Below, one piece after another: positions 38,930-52,719 of a stretch of DNA of 64,000 bases. The number at the start of each line of letters is the position of its first letter. Position 1 is the first letter of the stretch. Below the pieces are notes generated by a model. That model was given only the letters and a program-made list of their open reading frames with translations, made no database searches and was not told where the DNA came from. The stretch spans positions 21,514,001 to 21,578,000 of the forward strand of contig OZ024746.1 in assembly GCA_964016885.1 (NCBI GenBank), in the 5' to 3' direction. A program made the position numbers and the translations under genes. The stretch is from Eledone cirrhosa (taxonomy: Eukaryota).

Positions 38930-40250
38930 TGATAATGCTTGCTGGAAAGCTATATTATGAGCACACCTGCAGGATTAAGAAACCTTCTCGAACCTATTTG
39001 ATGTCAACATAGCTGCTTACAATTCTGCAGAAATCATGAGATATCGTAAGCTTTATTTATTGTCTGATTTAGCAACAACAAAAAATACACATTGAAGAAT
39101 GCTTTTACCGAGACGATGCATTATCAATTACAAGAAACAGTAACTCACAACCAATCGACAGGTTAAGGTTAGATGCATTTCTACAAAAATGATCTCTTTA
39201 AGTCATTTTAGTTGTAACTTTTATTAACGTTAGATTTAAGATAATAAACACTATGTATTGCCGTTATCCTAGTCATAAGCAGGCTCTGAATTATATGTAC
39301 ATTTTCTCACATGACACTAGGTATGGCAGTATCGGTAGAGGGTCGGACGCCATGCTTTCCAGCATAGTTACGCCCCTTTACGATCTGAGTTCAAATCCCG
39401 CCGAGGTTGACTTTGCCTTTCATCCTTACGGGGTTGATAAAATAAAGTACCAGTAATGCACTGGGTAATTGCTGGCCTTGTGCCTAAAGTAGAAACAATT
39501 ATTAAAAGTACTTCACTCAAGCTTTCTAAACGTTTAGTCAATAAACATACATTTCTAAATAACGCCACTTATTTTAAAGATTCGTCGATAAAACGTGGAC
39601 ACGGGGGAAATACTTACATAAATGTTGAGAAAAATTGATAATAAAAACAAGCAAAACTCGCTAAGAAAACATTATTTTCCGTTGCAGCTCCATGAGCACA
39701 AATATTTATCAAATTAATAAACAAGCATGTTCACTACATAGACACGACAACCTTAACAAGATACTGCTAAACTATCCTATTAAACTACTACCAACTTTGT
39801 TCGTATTCTTGCTTTTTCCAATCTACATAAAACAACTAATCCCATGACTTGCCAAATAAACCGAAGTTGCAAACTTGCTAATCGAACAGAATGTTTGGTT
39901 ATATCGAAGGAAATAATATATAACTGCGGAATATAAACACACAGAATGTCTAAAATATATATACAGGACTAACGTCAAACCATTTCAAAACCCACTATTA
40001 ACACCCCAGTATATTTTATATTCCCTCCTAAATACGACAATTAAAAAAAAGCATACTTCCTACACTTCAAATAAAGCAGTATCAATCGGGTGTAGTAAAA
40101 GAAAACATGCCACGTATGTGCAGCCAACACGTATGAGATTCTGTTCCCAAATATCACGTTTTAAAGTCAAACAGACTCTCAGCACACTGAAATTGAATCT
40201 ATAAAACTTAGAAAGATTTTACTCCATATTGCTTACATATCCGAATAAAT
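38930..40250 (+). mobile_element. Decayed Penelope-like element (RT and GIY-YIG), interrupted by SINE A at 39321-39502
   Basis: LFDVNIAAYNSAEI...LYLLSDL and FYRDDAL (cf. FDVTMGSYDGAE...YRDDGL), IFIKLINKH, DTAKLSY, EIIYNC...YTGLTSNHFKT; many frameshifts. Confidence 0.75.
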
Positions 40251-41413
40251 ATTTTTATTAATTTAATTTCATAGTTGATCAACAAATATTAGCCTGAGTT
40301 TTCTAAAAGATAAACTAAAAAAAAAAATTAAGAAAAATACTTATAAACTTCCGATCTGGCAAACATGATATGGAAATTAATCACAAAAATCTAATTTAAT
40401 GTTTTAATATCAATATTTTCTTCATATCCTTTGTTACAAGGACTTTCCTTTTAATTGTTTTTTCTATTACGTATACAATTCCTCACATCTTAAATCCTTC
40501 CTACATTCACAAAATAATAGATTTCACACTGCCAATAAAAAACATATGCATCTGTTGGATTTCATTTCAATTCATTGTTGTAAACTCCCAGTCGGTTAGT
40601 TTAATAAACGGGTGGTCGTTTAGTCGTTGATTGTCATCAAAGCTTTTTCGTCACACATTCTGTGACCTTCTCAATGACTACTTTTGTTATTTCGTGGCTC
40701 TCCTTTGTTCTGTCCTACACCATCTTGTTCTGTTTTTTTTTATTCGCACCATGACCTTCCCAAAGTATAACAATATTTGTTTCAACACATGTTTTCGGAT
40801 AGTAAATCTTGCAAAGCAAATGCAAAAACAGAGTATATATATGAATATTCCGTCACTCACTATCACCTACCTGGGATAAACTACTGACGTGTAGTGCTTT
40901 GGAACGCTAGGACCTGCTTATCATCAGGAAACAACTAATGTGTGTGTATTAACAAAAGCAAGAGAAACGGTATCACTTATTAAACGATTATTCCATACGT
41001 TTTCACCAGACAGGCAGTTTAAATAGAAATAAAGTTTGTTTTTGTTGCTATGCGACAGTGTGCTACATCTTGGAGTTCGGCAAGCATATGTCCGTGCAAA
41101 AGTTAGATTCCATAGTGCCTAAATTTTAAAAGCAAATCCAATAAAGCCGTCATAAAGGAGCTTAATTCTATAATTGAGAAAGTAAACGTTTTTTTATTTT
41201 TCTTTCAGTTTCACATCTCGGAATACTACGCTTCATTTACTCCCCCGGCTTCTTATGAATGCCATGAACCATGCCAATTATATTACTAATATCACCTATA
41301 TCCAAAGTGAAACCATACTGAAATAAATACTTCGACCCATTTTCATTTAAACCCGACCCTCTAAAGATTATCAATTCACCTTATGTGTATGCACACACAC
41401 ACACATTCTCTTT

Positions 41414-41534
41414 CATTCTGAGTTCAAATCCCGCCGAGGTTAACTTTGCCTTTCATCCTTACGGGGTCGATAAAATAAAGTACCAGTAATGTACTGGTTA
41501 ATTGCTGGCTTTGTGCCTAAAGTAGAAACAATTA
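41414..41534 (+). mobile_element. SINE group A, 5'-truncated
   Basis: Consensus from the B box to the tail. Confidence 0.85.
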
Positions 41535-44500
41535 TATATATATATAATATAAATCGAAGTGATAGCTGCAATAGGACACATACAAATCAATTAATTACAA
41601 TGGGTTTTCAAGTAAAGTTACATCATCTGAAAAATTATTTTGTGATCTAAACTATTTAGTTAAGAAATGTAATAGTAGTTTAGAAAGCTAATCATTTTGC
41701 CTTAAGCACTTATGGTGAACTATTTACAGAAGGAATATTCTCTAAATTATTTCTTATATTTACCAGTTAACCTATGACATACAACATCAAATATTTCTCC
41801 CATACCATAAACGCAATAAAATTGTATTACATGAATTGTATATTTTGGGGAAGTATATATTTTTTTTTCACCTCTACGGTCAAAGTCAAGAATTAGACGT
41901 GAGGCTGTTTATTCTTTATGTAGGCGTATGACAGATGCCTAAAATCAATTTGCGAAACATTATAAAAGAATACTATATACTTAACCAAATAAAAAGACTA
42001 CGGGAAAATACAAGTAGTAAATGAAATTTCTTTTTTTAGATTTACGTATACAAGTATGTAAAAGTAATGTCTTCTGATGGCAATTCTAAACCTCCTATTA
42101 ACAAACACTTAACCATAACAGAATTACCTCATTCTTAACATTCAGCCTCTCATTTTCATAAATGACTGCCTACTTCAAATATCGCCGACTAGATGAAACA
42201 AGGTGACTTCTCTTGCAACGGGAAAGGCTAAGCTTCATTTGAAGCATCCAAATATATGTATTAGAATCTACGCATCAAACCATATAAACTACATCCACAA
42301 ATATTGTCAAATAAAATGGAATCTAATAAGAGATTCGATATAATGGAACATTTTATGCATCAGTGGTAAATACAATAAGAATGGATATTTTCTATAGAAA
42401 ATAGGAACAAGTTTAATAACAGTTTTATGCCCGGTAGCGTCAGACTAATAAATTTTGATTTCGCGTTAATAAGAGGATAAAGTTCTGGAATTTTCTTGTA
42501 GTGCTGAAGAGTTATAAGCATTTGCAAGTCTATATGGCCGTCTCCCTCCCCCAATTACATACTTTTCATTATTTTGTCACTTAATACATGCCCATACTCC
42601 TTAGCAAAGGCAACTATATCCCCTGGGTCAATGTCATTTGCTATGCCTCAAACGGTTACCTTTCTGTTATGTCACTCCATGTACTGGGGTACATGGTTGT
42701 GAGCAGAGGTTTCGTGCTTTATTTGCCACTTTGCTTGCCATTTTGATTCTTTCGCTCCCCCCCAACGTCAGTTATACTATCCTATAGGCTTTGACTTTTT
42801 TCTATACTAAAAAGATTTAGTCCAAATGTGTTTAAATTTTTTGAAGATATAAACATACCCCTCCCTCATAATATTCGCGCATAATGTAGACAATTGTCAA
42901 ACTGCATGGCATTGTTATATATTTATGTAATGAAAATTATTATTTCCGAGCATAAAATTGTGAGTTATCTATGCCTTTGAGTTTTTGTTTCGCTATCTTG
43001 TGTGTGTGACAGTGTTTGTGCGTCTTTCTTTAAACAATACTTGTCCTTTTATAAAGCTATTTCAGTATATTCATCGAATATTGCTGTGGTTTATTTTGAT
43101 TCGGCGTCTACTCTGCTATTCTCTAACAATGTTCTGCAAATAGTAACCGTCTTTGAGCAATTGTAGTTGTTATTGAAAATCGTAACCGTCTTTGAGCAAA
43201 TTACGCATCAAGATTAAAGAACGCATCCACACAAGAGTTTATATTAAGAGACTTCACACCCAAAGTATAAATCACCATGAAAGCCATCAAGCAATAAATC
43301 GGAAATTTAAGAATCAAAGAGACAATTCTCATCAATATATTAATACATATTACTTTTAGCCGCTAAATTTATGAAGCTGGTTGGTTATTGTACCTATATC
43401 AGTCTGCACATGCCAGCACTTTGGTAGCTGTACAAACAAGTCCATCGCGCCAACTCGTGTTTTCCCTTTAGAAAAAGAGGTTTATCCTACCAAATATCTC
43501 TAAATATTGTATAAAATGTTTACTGTTTATTCACTTACGTTTTCACCCTTTTATTCCTAACTTGCATTATACTGGTTTTACTAAAACAAGTTAGATTACG
43601 AGTGTCGGCTGAAAAGTTCATAGGCTGACCAAGATACTCATGGAAATGAGAGTATTTTATGTGCTCTATGTATTTTTATGTTGCCAGGTTTGGCTTTGCC
43701 TTTGTTATTTCCGAGTCAACGACATCAACATTAATCATGTATAAGGCATACATTTGGTTTAATTTGATACATTATAACCTTCTCTGGAAAATGTGTAGCA
43801 TCATACCAAAAATTATTATTATTGATTACGTATTAACTCTGGTGAACTCTATATCTGTTGGTTGAAACTATTTTATAGTATTCAAACTGTTAATGCTACC
43901 ATTAATTTTGAAAAACACAAACATTCACGTTTTTCACAGAATATTAGGTTTTGTGCCAAAGTAAGGAAACATTATTTCATTATAATTTCTCGTTTAGTTG
44001 TCTATTCATTTATTGAAAAGGATTAAATATTAGTAGGTAAAAATAACTAAAAGGAATAATGTAAAAAGAATAATTCAAAAAAATATTATTCTTTATTTAA
44101 GGTAAATGTACATTAGCAAGATTATTGAAAAATCAATTAAAATAATTATACTTTTTTGAGTATAAATGTAGTTTAACAAAGAATAATATAAAATATATAT
44201 TTTTTAATATTATCTCAATTGTCAGAGTCGTAAGAACACCAGATAGAATACGTTACAGCATTTGTTTCTGCTCTCTGAGTTCAAATCCCGCCGAAGTCAA
44301 CTTTGCCTTTCATCCATTTCAGGTCGATAAAAAACGTACCAGTTTGGTACTCGTGTCAATTTTTCCTCTATATCTCTTTCTCTGGAAGAAACTGGCTGTT
44401 TTCAGACATGGAGAGGAGATTTTAAAATGCCCTAAAAACACTGTATGTCAATGTGGTGCCTCTACTACTCCCCCATGAGTTACATGAACATAAATACATA

Positions 44501-45224
44501 CAACTTAAAGTTAATCTCCATTCAATGTAAATGTCTACTATCAAGCTGGTTAATTGAGACTCTGTTACATAATTCTTGCTGTTCTGAATGTAACTAATTC
44601 AGTCACTTGGTTCGTTTTAACCTATAACGGCCCAAGTCATTATTGTCTGACCTGCTAAAAATAGCCATATAATATCCCTTAAATCAGACCCTATTGTTAC
44701 AGAAAAAGAAGGGATCTATAGTATCGAGACTAATAATATGGAGTTACATAACTATTATCGATTAGTGCCTATATTGATTCATCATGATCAGTCAACCTCT
44801 CGAAACAATTGTAAAACAATGAATTTATTAAGCTCTAAACTTCGCCTTTAATTGTCATTGTTGAACATATGTATGTAATTTATGTCTCAGCAAAGATGGG
44901 TTAGGTCATGACTGGAATGCATTTTATAGGTAAGCTTCATCAAACTGATCTTAGCTTAACTAGCAACATCAACAGCCTATCATCCCTCTGAAATAAATAG
45001 AGTAAATATCTAATAGCAATGCACAACTTTTTAAACAACAAAAAGAAACCAATTTTATTTGGGAGAGAAGTGACTAAAATACCAAATATGTCAACTAAAA
45101 GTTTTACTAAAATGTCTTTTAGTGGGATAATATATTTAATAGAGTATTAGCCTACATGTGTGTTGTTCTTGAATTCATAGTTGGGAAATTTCTAATGTTA
45201 TTATTTCAACTGCTTGAAGGATGC

Positions 45225-45440
45225 TGGATTGACAGAATTGGTAGAGCATCGGACAGAAATGCTTTGCAGCATATAGTTAAGACACTTTACATTCTGAGTT
45301 CAAATCCCGCGGAGGTTAGCTTTGCCTTTCATCATTGCAGAGTCGATAAAATATAGCACCAGTAACACACTGGGGTAAATTTAATCAAATTACCCCTTTT
45401 CTTCAATTTGTTGGCATTGTGCCTAATGTAGAAAATTATT
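45225..45440 (+). mobile_element. SINE group A, diverged (another at about 44220-44360)
   Basis: CTGAGTTCAAATCCCGC.GAGGTT..CTTTGCCTTTCATC core. Confidence 0.75.
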
Positions 45441-45899
45441 TTAATAGATGGAATGTAAACAGCATTTCGAAAATAACCTATCGGAGCGTTCAATTTAGTT
45501 TTCTATTTAGACGGAAGTTTTTGTCAAAGGTCGTTTAGTTCAATAGTATAGAACATACAGCTGGGAATCAAGAGGTATGGAGTTCCATTCATTGTAGATG
45601 TTGGTCACTTTTTCCCTGTCTATAAGGGTATTTTACCTGATTTTCTACATTTTCTAAGATTTTCAATCTATTCAACGTCCCAATAGCTTATTTTTGAAAT
45701 ATTCTTTACATTCAAGCTCAACTTTCTATTTAGATGGGTGTTGCTGCCAGGAGTCATTTAGCTCAATGGTACAGAGCACTCAGTCAGAATTTGAAAGATA
45801 TGGAGTTCGATTTTTCGAAGTGGATTCTAACCACTTTTTTTACGTCCATCCCGTTCTCACTCTGGCTTTTGTACTTTCAGATCATCCACCCCCACTGCT

Positions 45900-46260
45900 A
45901 GTTTGGTTAACCAGGTAACAAAAGCTGTCAACTAGTTCTAAGGAGCTTGTTTCCTGTGAATTCTTGATGCTTACTGTTCATGTGCATCGACCACATATAA
46001 AACCTATGTTTTTGCTAGCTTTCCTAAGATGCCACTACATCTCTTGTGTACCAATAGTCTGCATTTGGAACATAGGATGAAATTTCTACCCATTCTTTTC
46101 CTGCATACCGAACAAGGCCATTTCCATGAAGAATTAAAGACCTTGTTTTTCTATTTACTTACTAGAACTTTAGTCTTTGTCAAGTTGACTTTGAAACATT
46201 TTGATTCCAAGTTATGCTTCTAGGTCTGGAATTTCTATTCTAATTCTGTCATAGCATTTA
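45900..46260 (-). mobile_element. RTE LINE internal fragment with Cys-rich zinc-finger region
   Basis: Minus strand reads KHNLESKCFKVNLTKTKVLVS...KWPCSVCRKRMGRNFILCSKCRLLVHKRCSGI. Confidence 0.8.
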
Positions 46261-46686
46261 CATGGTATTATGCATTTTGCAGCATAGAACATACGACGTT
46301 TAAATATGAAATCATTTTTTTTTACATATTTACATTCAAGATGTGGAAAGAGGGAGATTTAAATGCCTGGAGGGCTTGCAAACATATATGAAGTGAGAGG
46401 GAGAGAGAGTTTTGTTTCTTTAGAATATTCTACTTGTAGTAGTTTTGGGTCATATTTGAAGAGTAGAAAAGAAGGTTTTACACCAGGGTAGTGGGTAATA
46501 GCTTTAGGCATAGATCTATAGAGTATTAGCCTACAAGTATGTTTTTCTTCTTGAATTCATAGTTGGGAAATTTCTAATGTTATAAAGATATACCAAAAGC
46601 TTCTTTATAAATAAATGATGGGAATTGGAAGATATATATATATATATATTAGTATTGGTGCTCTGAAATAGCGATGTATACATGAT

Positions 46687-46976
46687 TGTATGTATAGTAT
46701 ATTTGGCAATATACCGTATGTTTAATTAAAAACATTTAGAAGACCATTCGCTATCAGTTTTAAAGTAGTGACTATGTTGCTTACTTTTTTTCGGCAAAGG
46801 CAGCAAAGTGCGTGGTTTTGATAAACGCCAAACAGCGAGAAACAGACTGTCAGCCTCTATGCCTACCATTGCCAAAAATAAGTAAGTGACATAGTCACTA
46901 CTTTATAACTGATAGCGAATGGTCTAAATATTTTTAATTAAACATATGGTATATTGCCAAATATACTATACATACA
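46687..46976. repeat. Fold-back inverted repeat (about 115-bp arms, about 60-bp spacer) beside (TA)n
   Basis: TGTATGTATAGTATATTTGGCAATATACC...GTAGTGACTATGT and its reverse complement. Confidence 0.88.
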
Positions 46977-47105
46977 TCCATATATATATAAATATATATA
47001 TATATGTATATATAGTAATAATAATAAATGTGAAGACTAAAATCCAAAGGGAGCTCGATAAAGATAAATATATATCAAATATATAAGAACCATAGAACAA
47101 ATATT

Positions 47106-47180
47106 TATTAAAATAACAGATTAAAGTTTAAGCAAAGAAGTAGTGATTCTTTGTTTAGACTTTAATCTGTTATTTTAATA
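47106..47180. repeat. Short fold-back (34-bp arms, 7-nt loop)
   Basis: TATTAAAATAACAGATTAAAGTTTAAGCAAAGAA and its reverse complement, 2 mismatches. Confidence 0.85.
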
Positions 47181-47196
47181 TATATATAAATATATA

Positions 47197-47307
47197 GAAG
47201 GGCTTATGCCCGAAACGTCGTTCACCCCCCCCCCCCCCTCAAGAGTGTGAAACTAATAAACCTTTGTTTGTACTGCCTCTCTGTTTTGTTCCCGTTTCAT
47301 TTTTCAC

Positions 47308-47308
<1 letters not shown>
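47197..47308 (+). mobile_element. 5'-truncated PLE terminal repeat with the 3' half of an HHR
   Basis: GAA GGGC-ttat-GCCC GAAAC GTC, then AATAAA; inserted in a TA tract. Confidence 0.7.
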
Positions 47309-47334
<26 letters not shown>

Positions 47335-47338
<4 letters not shown>

Positions 47339-47486
47339 CTAAAGTGGGTAAAATTCCCGAGATCCATGGACGAGTTCTCTCCAGCGGTCTCTGTCCCTCA
47401 TTATCGCTGCCATGTCCTGCGTCTCCAACAGACCAGTGTCTGTCCTTAGGGCATCAACATACGTTAACCTTGGTCTTCCTCTTCTA
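47335..47486 (-). mobile_element. RTE-type LINE 3' end, same family as 28915-29065
   Basis: Minus strand reads RRGRPRLTYVDALRTDTGLLETQDMAAIMRDRDRWRELVHGSR. Confidence 0.88.
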
Positions 47487-47989
47487 TATTAGAAATAGAA
47501 GCTTTCGCTGTATTTCTCAAAGAAAGGTAAAAAGATTAGTATTCATCTTTTTCCATTTCTTTTATCAGACTAAAATTTCTTTAGTCAAAAATACGACGAA
47601 AGCTTCTATTTCTAATTTCAAACTCGCTCACTGTTTCAAATATACTTACCTATAATTATATATGAATATGTTTAAATATACATATTATATATCAATATAT
47701 ATGCTTATATACATATCATATATTAATATATACGTATGTATATATATATATGATAGAGGTTTATATGAAAGTACATACAGTATATTTCTGTATAAGCCTC
47801 ACCATGTATGTTTTTAAACTGTGATCAACTCACAGCCATCTCAGTAGCAGTGAAAATGCCAGTTAGTTGTTTTGAGATTTTTATCCATCATCAGTGACAT
47901 TTGCCAATACATTTTTTGCATATGAATCATCGACTGAAGATACTCATTTGCATATGGTATGGACTTCATTTTAAGATAATTCAGAATTG

Positions 47990-48760
47990 CACTACTTACT
48001 TCTAACCTCTAACCACATCTAGAGAATTTATCCCTATAACGAAGCCCTAATCCACAGTGGATTTAAGGAAAAGATTACCTATATCAACAATACACCCAGA
48101 ACCCCTAACCATAATAAACGTTATCACATTAGCTGTTACTTCGTCTCCCCTTCAACATAACAGAGTCCACTCCACTAGCTAGAAACTTGTTCATATTACC
48201 TAAGAAACACTTCCCCACATACCATTCTTAATAGAAACACAATTAGGCTTTCATACACCACCACACCTAACCTAGTAAGAAACATAGCAAACTTAAATAT
48301 TTCAAAAACAACAGGCAACACCCAAACAAGGGCACTATGTAATTGCCCAAATACAAAGCCCTTTCCATTAGATTCAAAGTACTTTACAAACGATATTGTG
48401 TACAAATGTCTTATTGTGACTAATAACTCAAAGAAATCATACATCAGCATGAACCCTAACACATTCAAGACATGCTGGTATGCACATACCCATTCTTTTC
48501 AAGCATCCAATAAGGCAAAGCAAATGGCACTTGCCACTCACATGTGGGACCTCAGGAAGAAATCCATATCTTTGCATTGACATGGAACATACTTTGGATA
48601 ATGCAATCCTACATGGGCAGTGACAAACACTGCGACTTCTAAATGTTTTGAAGTGCTCAATCCTGAACAGACTCTCAAAACACTGATCCACCTGCATACA
48701 CAATAACACCACCAAATATAAATACTTTAAACTGGTCATGTACCCGAATATTAATCTGTT
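47990..48760 (+). mobile_element. Penelope-like element remnant (thumb/linker and GIY-YIG endonuclease)
   Basis: PYNEALIHSGFKEKITY, SPFN, KHFP, NRNTIRLSYTTTPNL, CNCP...PL, DIVYKC...SYISM...FKTCWYAHTHSF...LATHMWDLR. Confidence 0.82.
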
Positions 48761-49394
48761 CGGCCCACTATTTCGACATTATGATAATTCTGTCTATTGC
48801 ATCACCACCAGTAATGCACTGGGTAATTGCTGGCCTTGTGCCTAAAGTAGAAACAATTATTATCATTATTACTAGGACTATTGGTAGTACTATTATTATT
48901 AACACACTGGGGTCAATTTAATCAACTTCCCCTCCTTCAAAATTACTGGCTTTCTGCCTAAATCAAAAACCATTAATATTTTTGTGGTTCTTGATATTGC
49001 TATAACCACCATTATTGCCATTATTAATGTCGCCATCATCATCATTATAATTACCATCACTGTATTTGCTGTTGTAATTACCAACTTTTATTGCTGTTAT
49101 AATTATCACCTTTATCACTATAACTTGCAACATTAATTATTGCAGATTTGTGGGCTTGTGTCAAACAACTGCTATCACATGAAGGACAGATCTAGTTATC
49201 AGCAGAGTCAATAGAGAAAATTGAACTGCCACCTTCTTTTAGAACAGAAGCACAGCAGGTCTTCTTCTGCCTGGTGGCTGTAGCAAAGGAAGCCGAATGC
49301 TGGACTCGTCTAAAAGATGATTTGATACAAATGAAACAGTTCTAGCCTGATGGAAGTCATTTCTATATACTATATATATATATATATATATATA

Positions 49395-49795
49395 TAGCTC
49401 AGGCAAAGACAAGACAAACACAGAGATACAAAACCAGACCTATTAGTATCAGGCTTAGGAAGAGGAAGAAGAGCATTTGACATTTCAATCATAAGTCCTT
49501 CTTCAGCAATTGGAGAATTTGGAGAAAGAGAGAAAAGATTGGAATATTGAAGTGTGGGGAAAAAAGTTTTAAGAAGACTGGGGGTAGTAGGCGAGTAGTA
49601 AGACATGTTGGGGGAGGAGGCAAGGAGAAGGTAACAGGAGAAAAGCAGAATGTAGGAAGACAAAGAAAGGAGAGAAACAGGGGAAAACACTTTTAGAGAG
49701 GAAAAAGGGTTATAGGAGTGTTGCATGGGCAGTTCAAAGGTCCAGCAATTTGAAGACTGTTTAATCCGTAGGGGAATATTTTCAGGTAGATATCT
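49395..49795 (-). mobile_element. PLE 3' end: P.GLN motif, pyrimidine tract and decayed HHR
   Basis: Minus strand reads YLKIFPYGLN, then a C/T-rich tract, then CTGAAGA AGGACTTATGATT GAAA TGTC (49472-49512). Same family as 47197. Confidence 0.68.
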
Positions 49796-50124
49796 AATAT
49801 ATATATATAAATATACATATATGTATATATATAATATTGTATTATATTAATGCCCTGAACTAATGTTTATGGAGCTTTTTTTTTTATTGAGAAACACAAT
49901 TGATATACAATGGAACTAGCTGTTGAAATAGCATGAGCTCAGCTATCAGGTCCTGACTCTTTATAGTATATCATCATCATCATTTTACGTCCGCTTTTCC
50001 CTGCTTGCAAGAGTGGGACATGATGATGATGATAGTTTTTGGCAGTAGTATATATATACTAGTTGGATGCCCTTCCTAACACCAGAAATATATATATATA
50101 ATAGTTTCAGAAGCATCCAGTTTA

Positions 50125-50480
50125 TTAAAGGTACTAGAATGTGGATGTTTCTGAGTCATGATTGTGACTTGTTATCTGGCTCCAACCTTGTTACTTCCAT
50201 TGCAAAACCAGGCACTACCACCTGCAATGCAGAGGAGAGAAAGATAAACAAACATCAGAGAGTGTCCAACCACTTCCTTTTCATACCAGATGCCATTGCA
50301 ACCTCTGGTGTCCTTGGTCCCCACACTGCCGATTCCCTCCTCAAAATCAAAAAGACAGCAGCCCTTCTGAGGAAACAGCCACATGAGGTAGGGTGGCTAT
50401 TGCTGCTGGTCTCACTGGCCATTCTCCATGGCAATGCCTTTGCCATTTTGTTTGAAGGGCATAGCCAAATCACCACTCAG
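50125..50480 (+). mobile_element. CRE-like non-LTR retrotransposon C-terminal (restriction-like endonuclease) remnant
   Basis: AEERKINKH...FLFIPDAIATSGVLGP...EVGWLLLLVSLAILHGNAFAIL (cf. AE..K..KY...F.P...ET.G..G...SLA..RGNA). Confidence 0.72.
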
Positions 50481-51458
50481 ACTGAGGTGTGTTGTCTGTC
50501 CCCTCATCTCTCCCTTTCCTTTGGTTCTTCATTCTCTTTTTTTCTTTTGTTCTTTCCTTTTTTGTTTCATTTAAATATTATTTTTTTGTCTAACTTTTAT
50601 CTTATAACAATTAACAAATATATTCGAAATTTCATATTTTCCCTGCCAACATTTAACTAAGGATATGTGCTCAGAGAATACAATTTCTTCTTAAAGGTAT
50701 TAGTTTTGTGAAATATAATTGCGTTCATAACTCATTTGGATTGGGTATACATATTTATCATTAATAGTGACTGTTTACTTCAAAGTTTCACAAAATATTA
50801 CTGGCATCGCAAAGTAGTATACTTTTATATATTTTATTTTAGCTTGTCATTCGTAATAAATACTCTCATGTTAAATGAATATAATTACAATTTGTCTGTT
50901 ATTGCAGGCAAGAACAAATTAAGAATTATATTTTGCATTTGACAAAGCAAATAAACAAAATAAATATTGAAATTAAAATCAATCAATATATAAATAAATA
51001 GAACGAATAGTTTGTATCTATCTATAATTGGGTGCAACAATTTATCATTGCAATCTTACTTCGTTGAAATATTTGCTTTTGTTATTAATGTTGGTTTGAC
51101 TTGGTATCATGTTTCTACAATTTCAATAGCTATTGATTGAACAGGGATTCTATATTGACAGTGTGGCACTTTAAGTCTTCAGTGAAAATGAATGCATTAT
51201 TTAGGTTTAATTTGTTAATTTCCTGACATGTGAAAAAAATTTTAGTCTTTGAATCACACAAGATCCTTGTAAACCAGGAAATGATTGGTGACGATTTTCT
51301 AATTTTTAGACAAATGATTAATTGTTATAGTAGTGTTGCTGCTTCTCTCACAATTTCTATTTTACTTTTCTTTTCTTTCCTCTTAATAAAATTCCTTGTT
51401 TGTTTTTTCTTACCCTCCTCTCTCTGCCCCCCCCCCCTCTTCTTCTTCTTCTTATTTG

Positions 51459-51650
51459 TGGTGGATTGGCAGTATTGGTAGAGGGTTGGACGCCATGCTT
51501 TGCACCATAGAATTACAGTCCTTTATGGTCTGAGTTCAAATCCCACTGAGGTTAACTTTGCCTTTCATCCTAACGGGGTCAATAAAATAAAGTACCAGTA
51601 ATGCACTGGGATAATTACTGGCCTTGTGCCAAAAGTAGAAACAATTATTA
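51459..51650 (+). mobile_element. SINE group A, full length
   Basis: Consensus match. Confidence 0.88.
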
Positions 51651-52534
51651 TTTGTCCACTTATTCCTGGGAGATTCCCGGAGGAAGAGTCCTCAAGTACT
51701 CCTTTCTGCAAGTCCTGTTGGAAGCAACCATCTCCATTTGTTTGGGGTCTATCCCTGGCTCTCCTGCCAGTTTATTTTGCTCATAAAATCTGCCCAGCAA
51801 TTCTTTCCTGAGACATTCATAAATACGTATATAAACACAGAATCACACACAAATAAATATGTGCGTATATATAGAGACAGAGATAAAATCATAAATATTT
51901 ATTTAACCCACATGATAAATAATGTAAAATGATTGACCATTTGCAGTAATAATTCTTCTTTATAAATAAATACCCAACCAGATAAACATCAGAAAGAGGA
52001 GGAATAGTGATGTTGGCAACAGGGCTGGCATTACCATTAGGCTAACAAAACAGTTACTTAAGGTGCAGACCTCATAGAGATAAATTACTGGACCTTAATA
52101 GATATAACTTTTATACAAATGTGATAATTGAATTAAATGTATGATTTTCTGTGGTTAATAGATAAATTATTAAACATCTTTGCCACGTAGCAGTGTTACA
52201 GAAATATCTAAAATGTTGGAGAGGGTTTTATAGTGTTATAACCTGTAACACAGATTTGGTGTGGATGAAAGTAGATTGTGTATTAGAAAATTCAGACTTA
52301 GTAATGTACTTAGTATGATAGTGCAAGAATTGCAACAACTAGGTTTCTCACCTTGCCAAAATAAGTTGAAATGATTTTACTTGGAAGAATGGGTGCTTAA
52401 CTAGGAGAAGGCTACTTGATGTAGGGATGGCCTCAGCCACCAAAACATCAGGCACCGTCTCTATATGGCTGCCATACTTCCTCAACAATATCAGTGGAGT
52501 AAGTGAAATAATGACATAAGTCATAAGTGAAATA

Positions 52535-52719
52535 ATTGTTTCTACTTTTGGCACAAGGCCAGCAATTATCCCAGTACATTACTGGTACTTTATTTTATCG
52601 ACCCCGTAAGGATGAAAGGCAAAGTTAACCTCGGCGGGATTTGAACTCAGATCGTAAAGGTGCATAACTATGCTGGAAAGCATGTCCGACCCTCTACCGA
52701 TACTGCCAATTCACCGCCC
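52535..52719 (-). mobile_element. SINE group A with 16-bp target-site duplication
   Basis: AGTCATAAGTGAAATA at 52519-52534 and 52723-52738. Confidence 0.9.

Noticed and set aside
40880-40935. Minus-strand CTGATGA...AAA...GTC motif
   Set aside because: No GAAA, and stems I and III do not pair convincingly.
36600-44000. Higher CpG downstream of the gene as a promoter or methylation boundary
   Set aside because: An unquantified impression, confounded by young SINEs; no second gene was identified.
50067-50660. 197-aa ORF as a host gene
   Set aside because: It is a chimera of a SINE piece, a CRE-like retrotransposon remnant and a T-rich tail.
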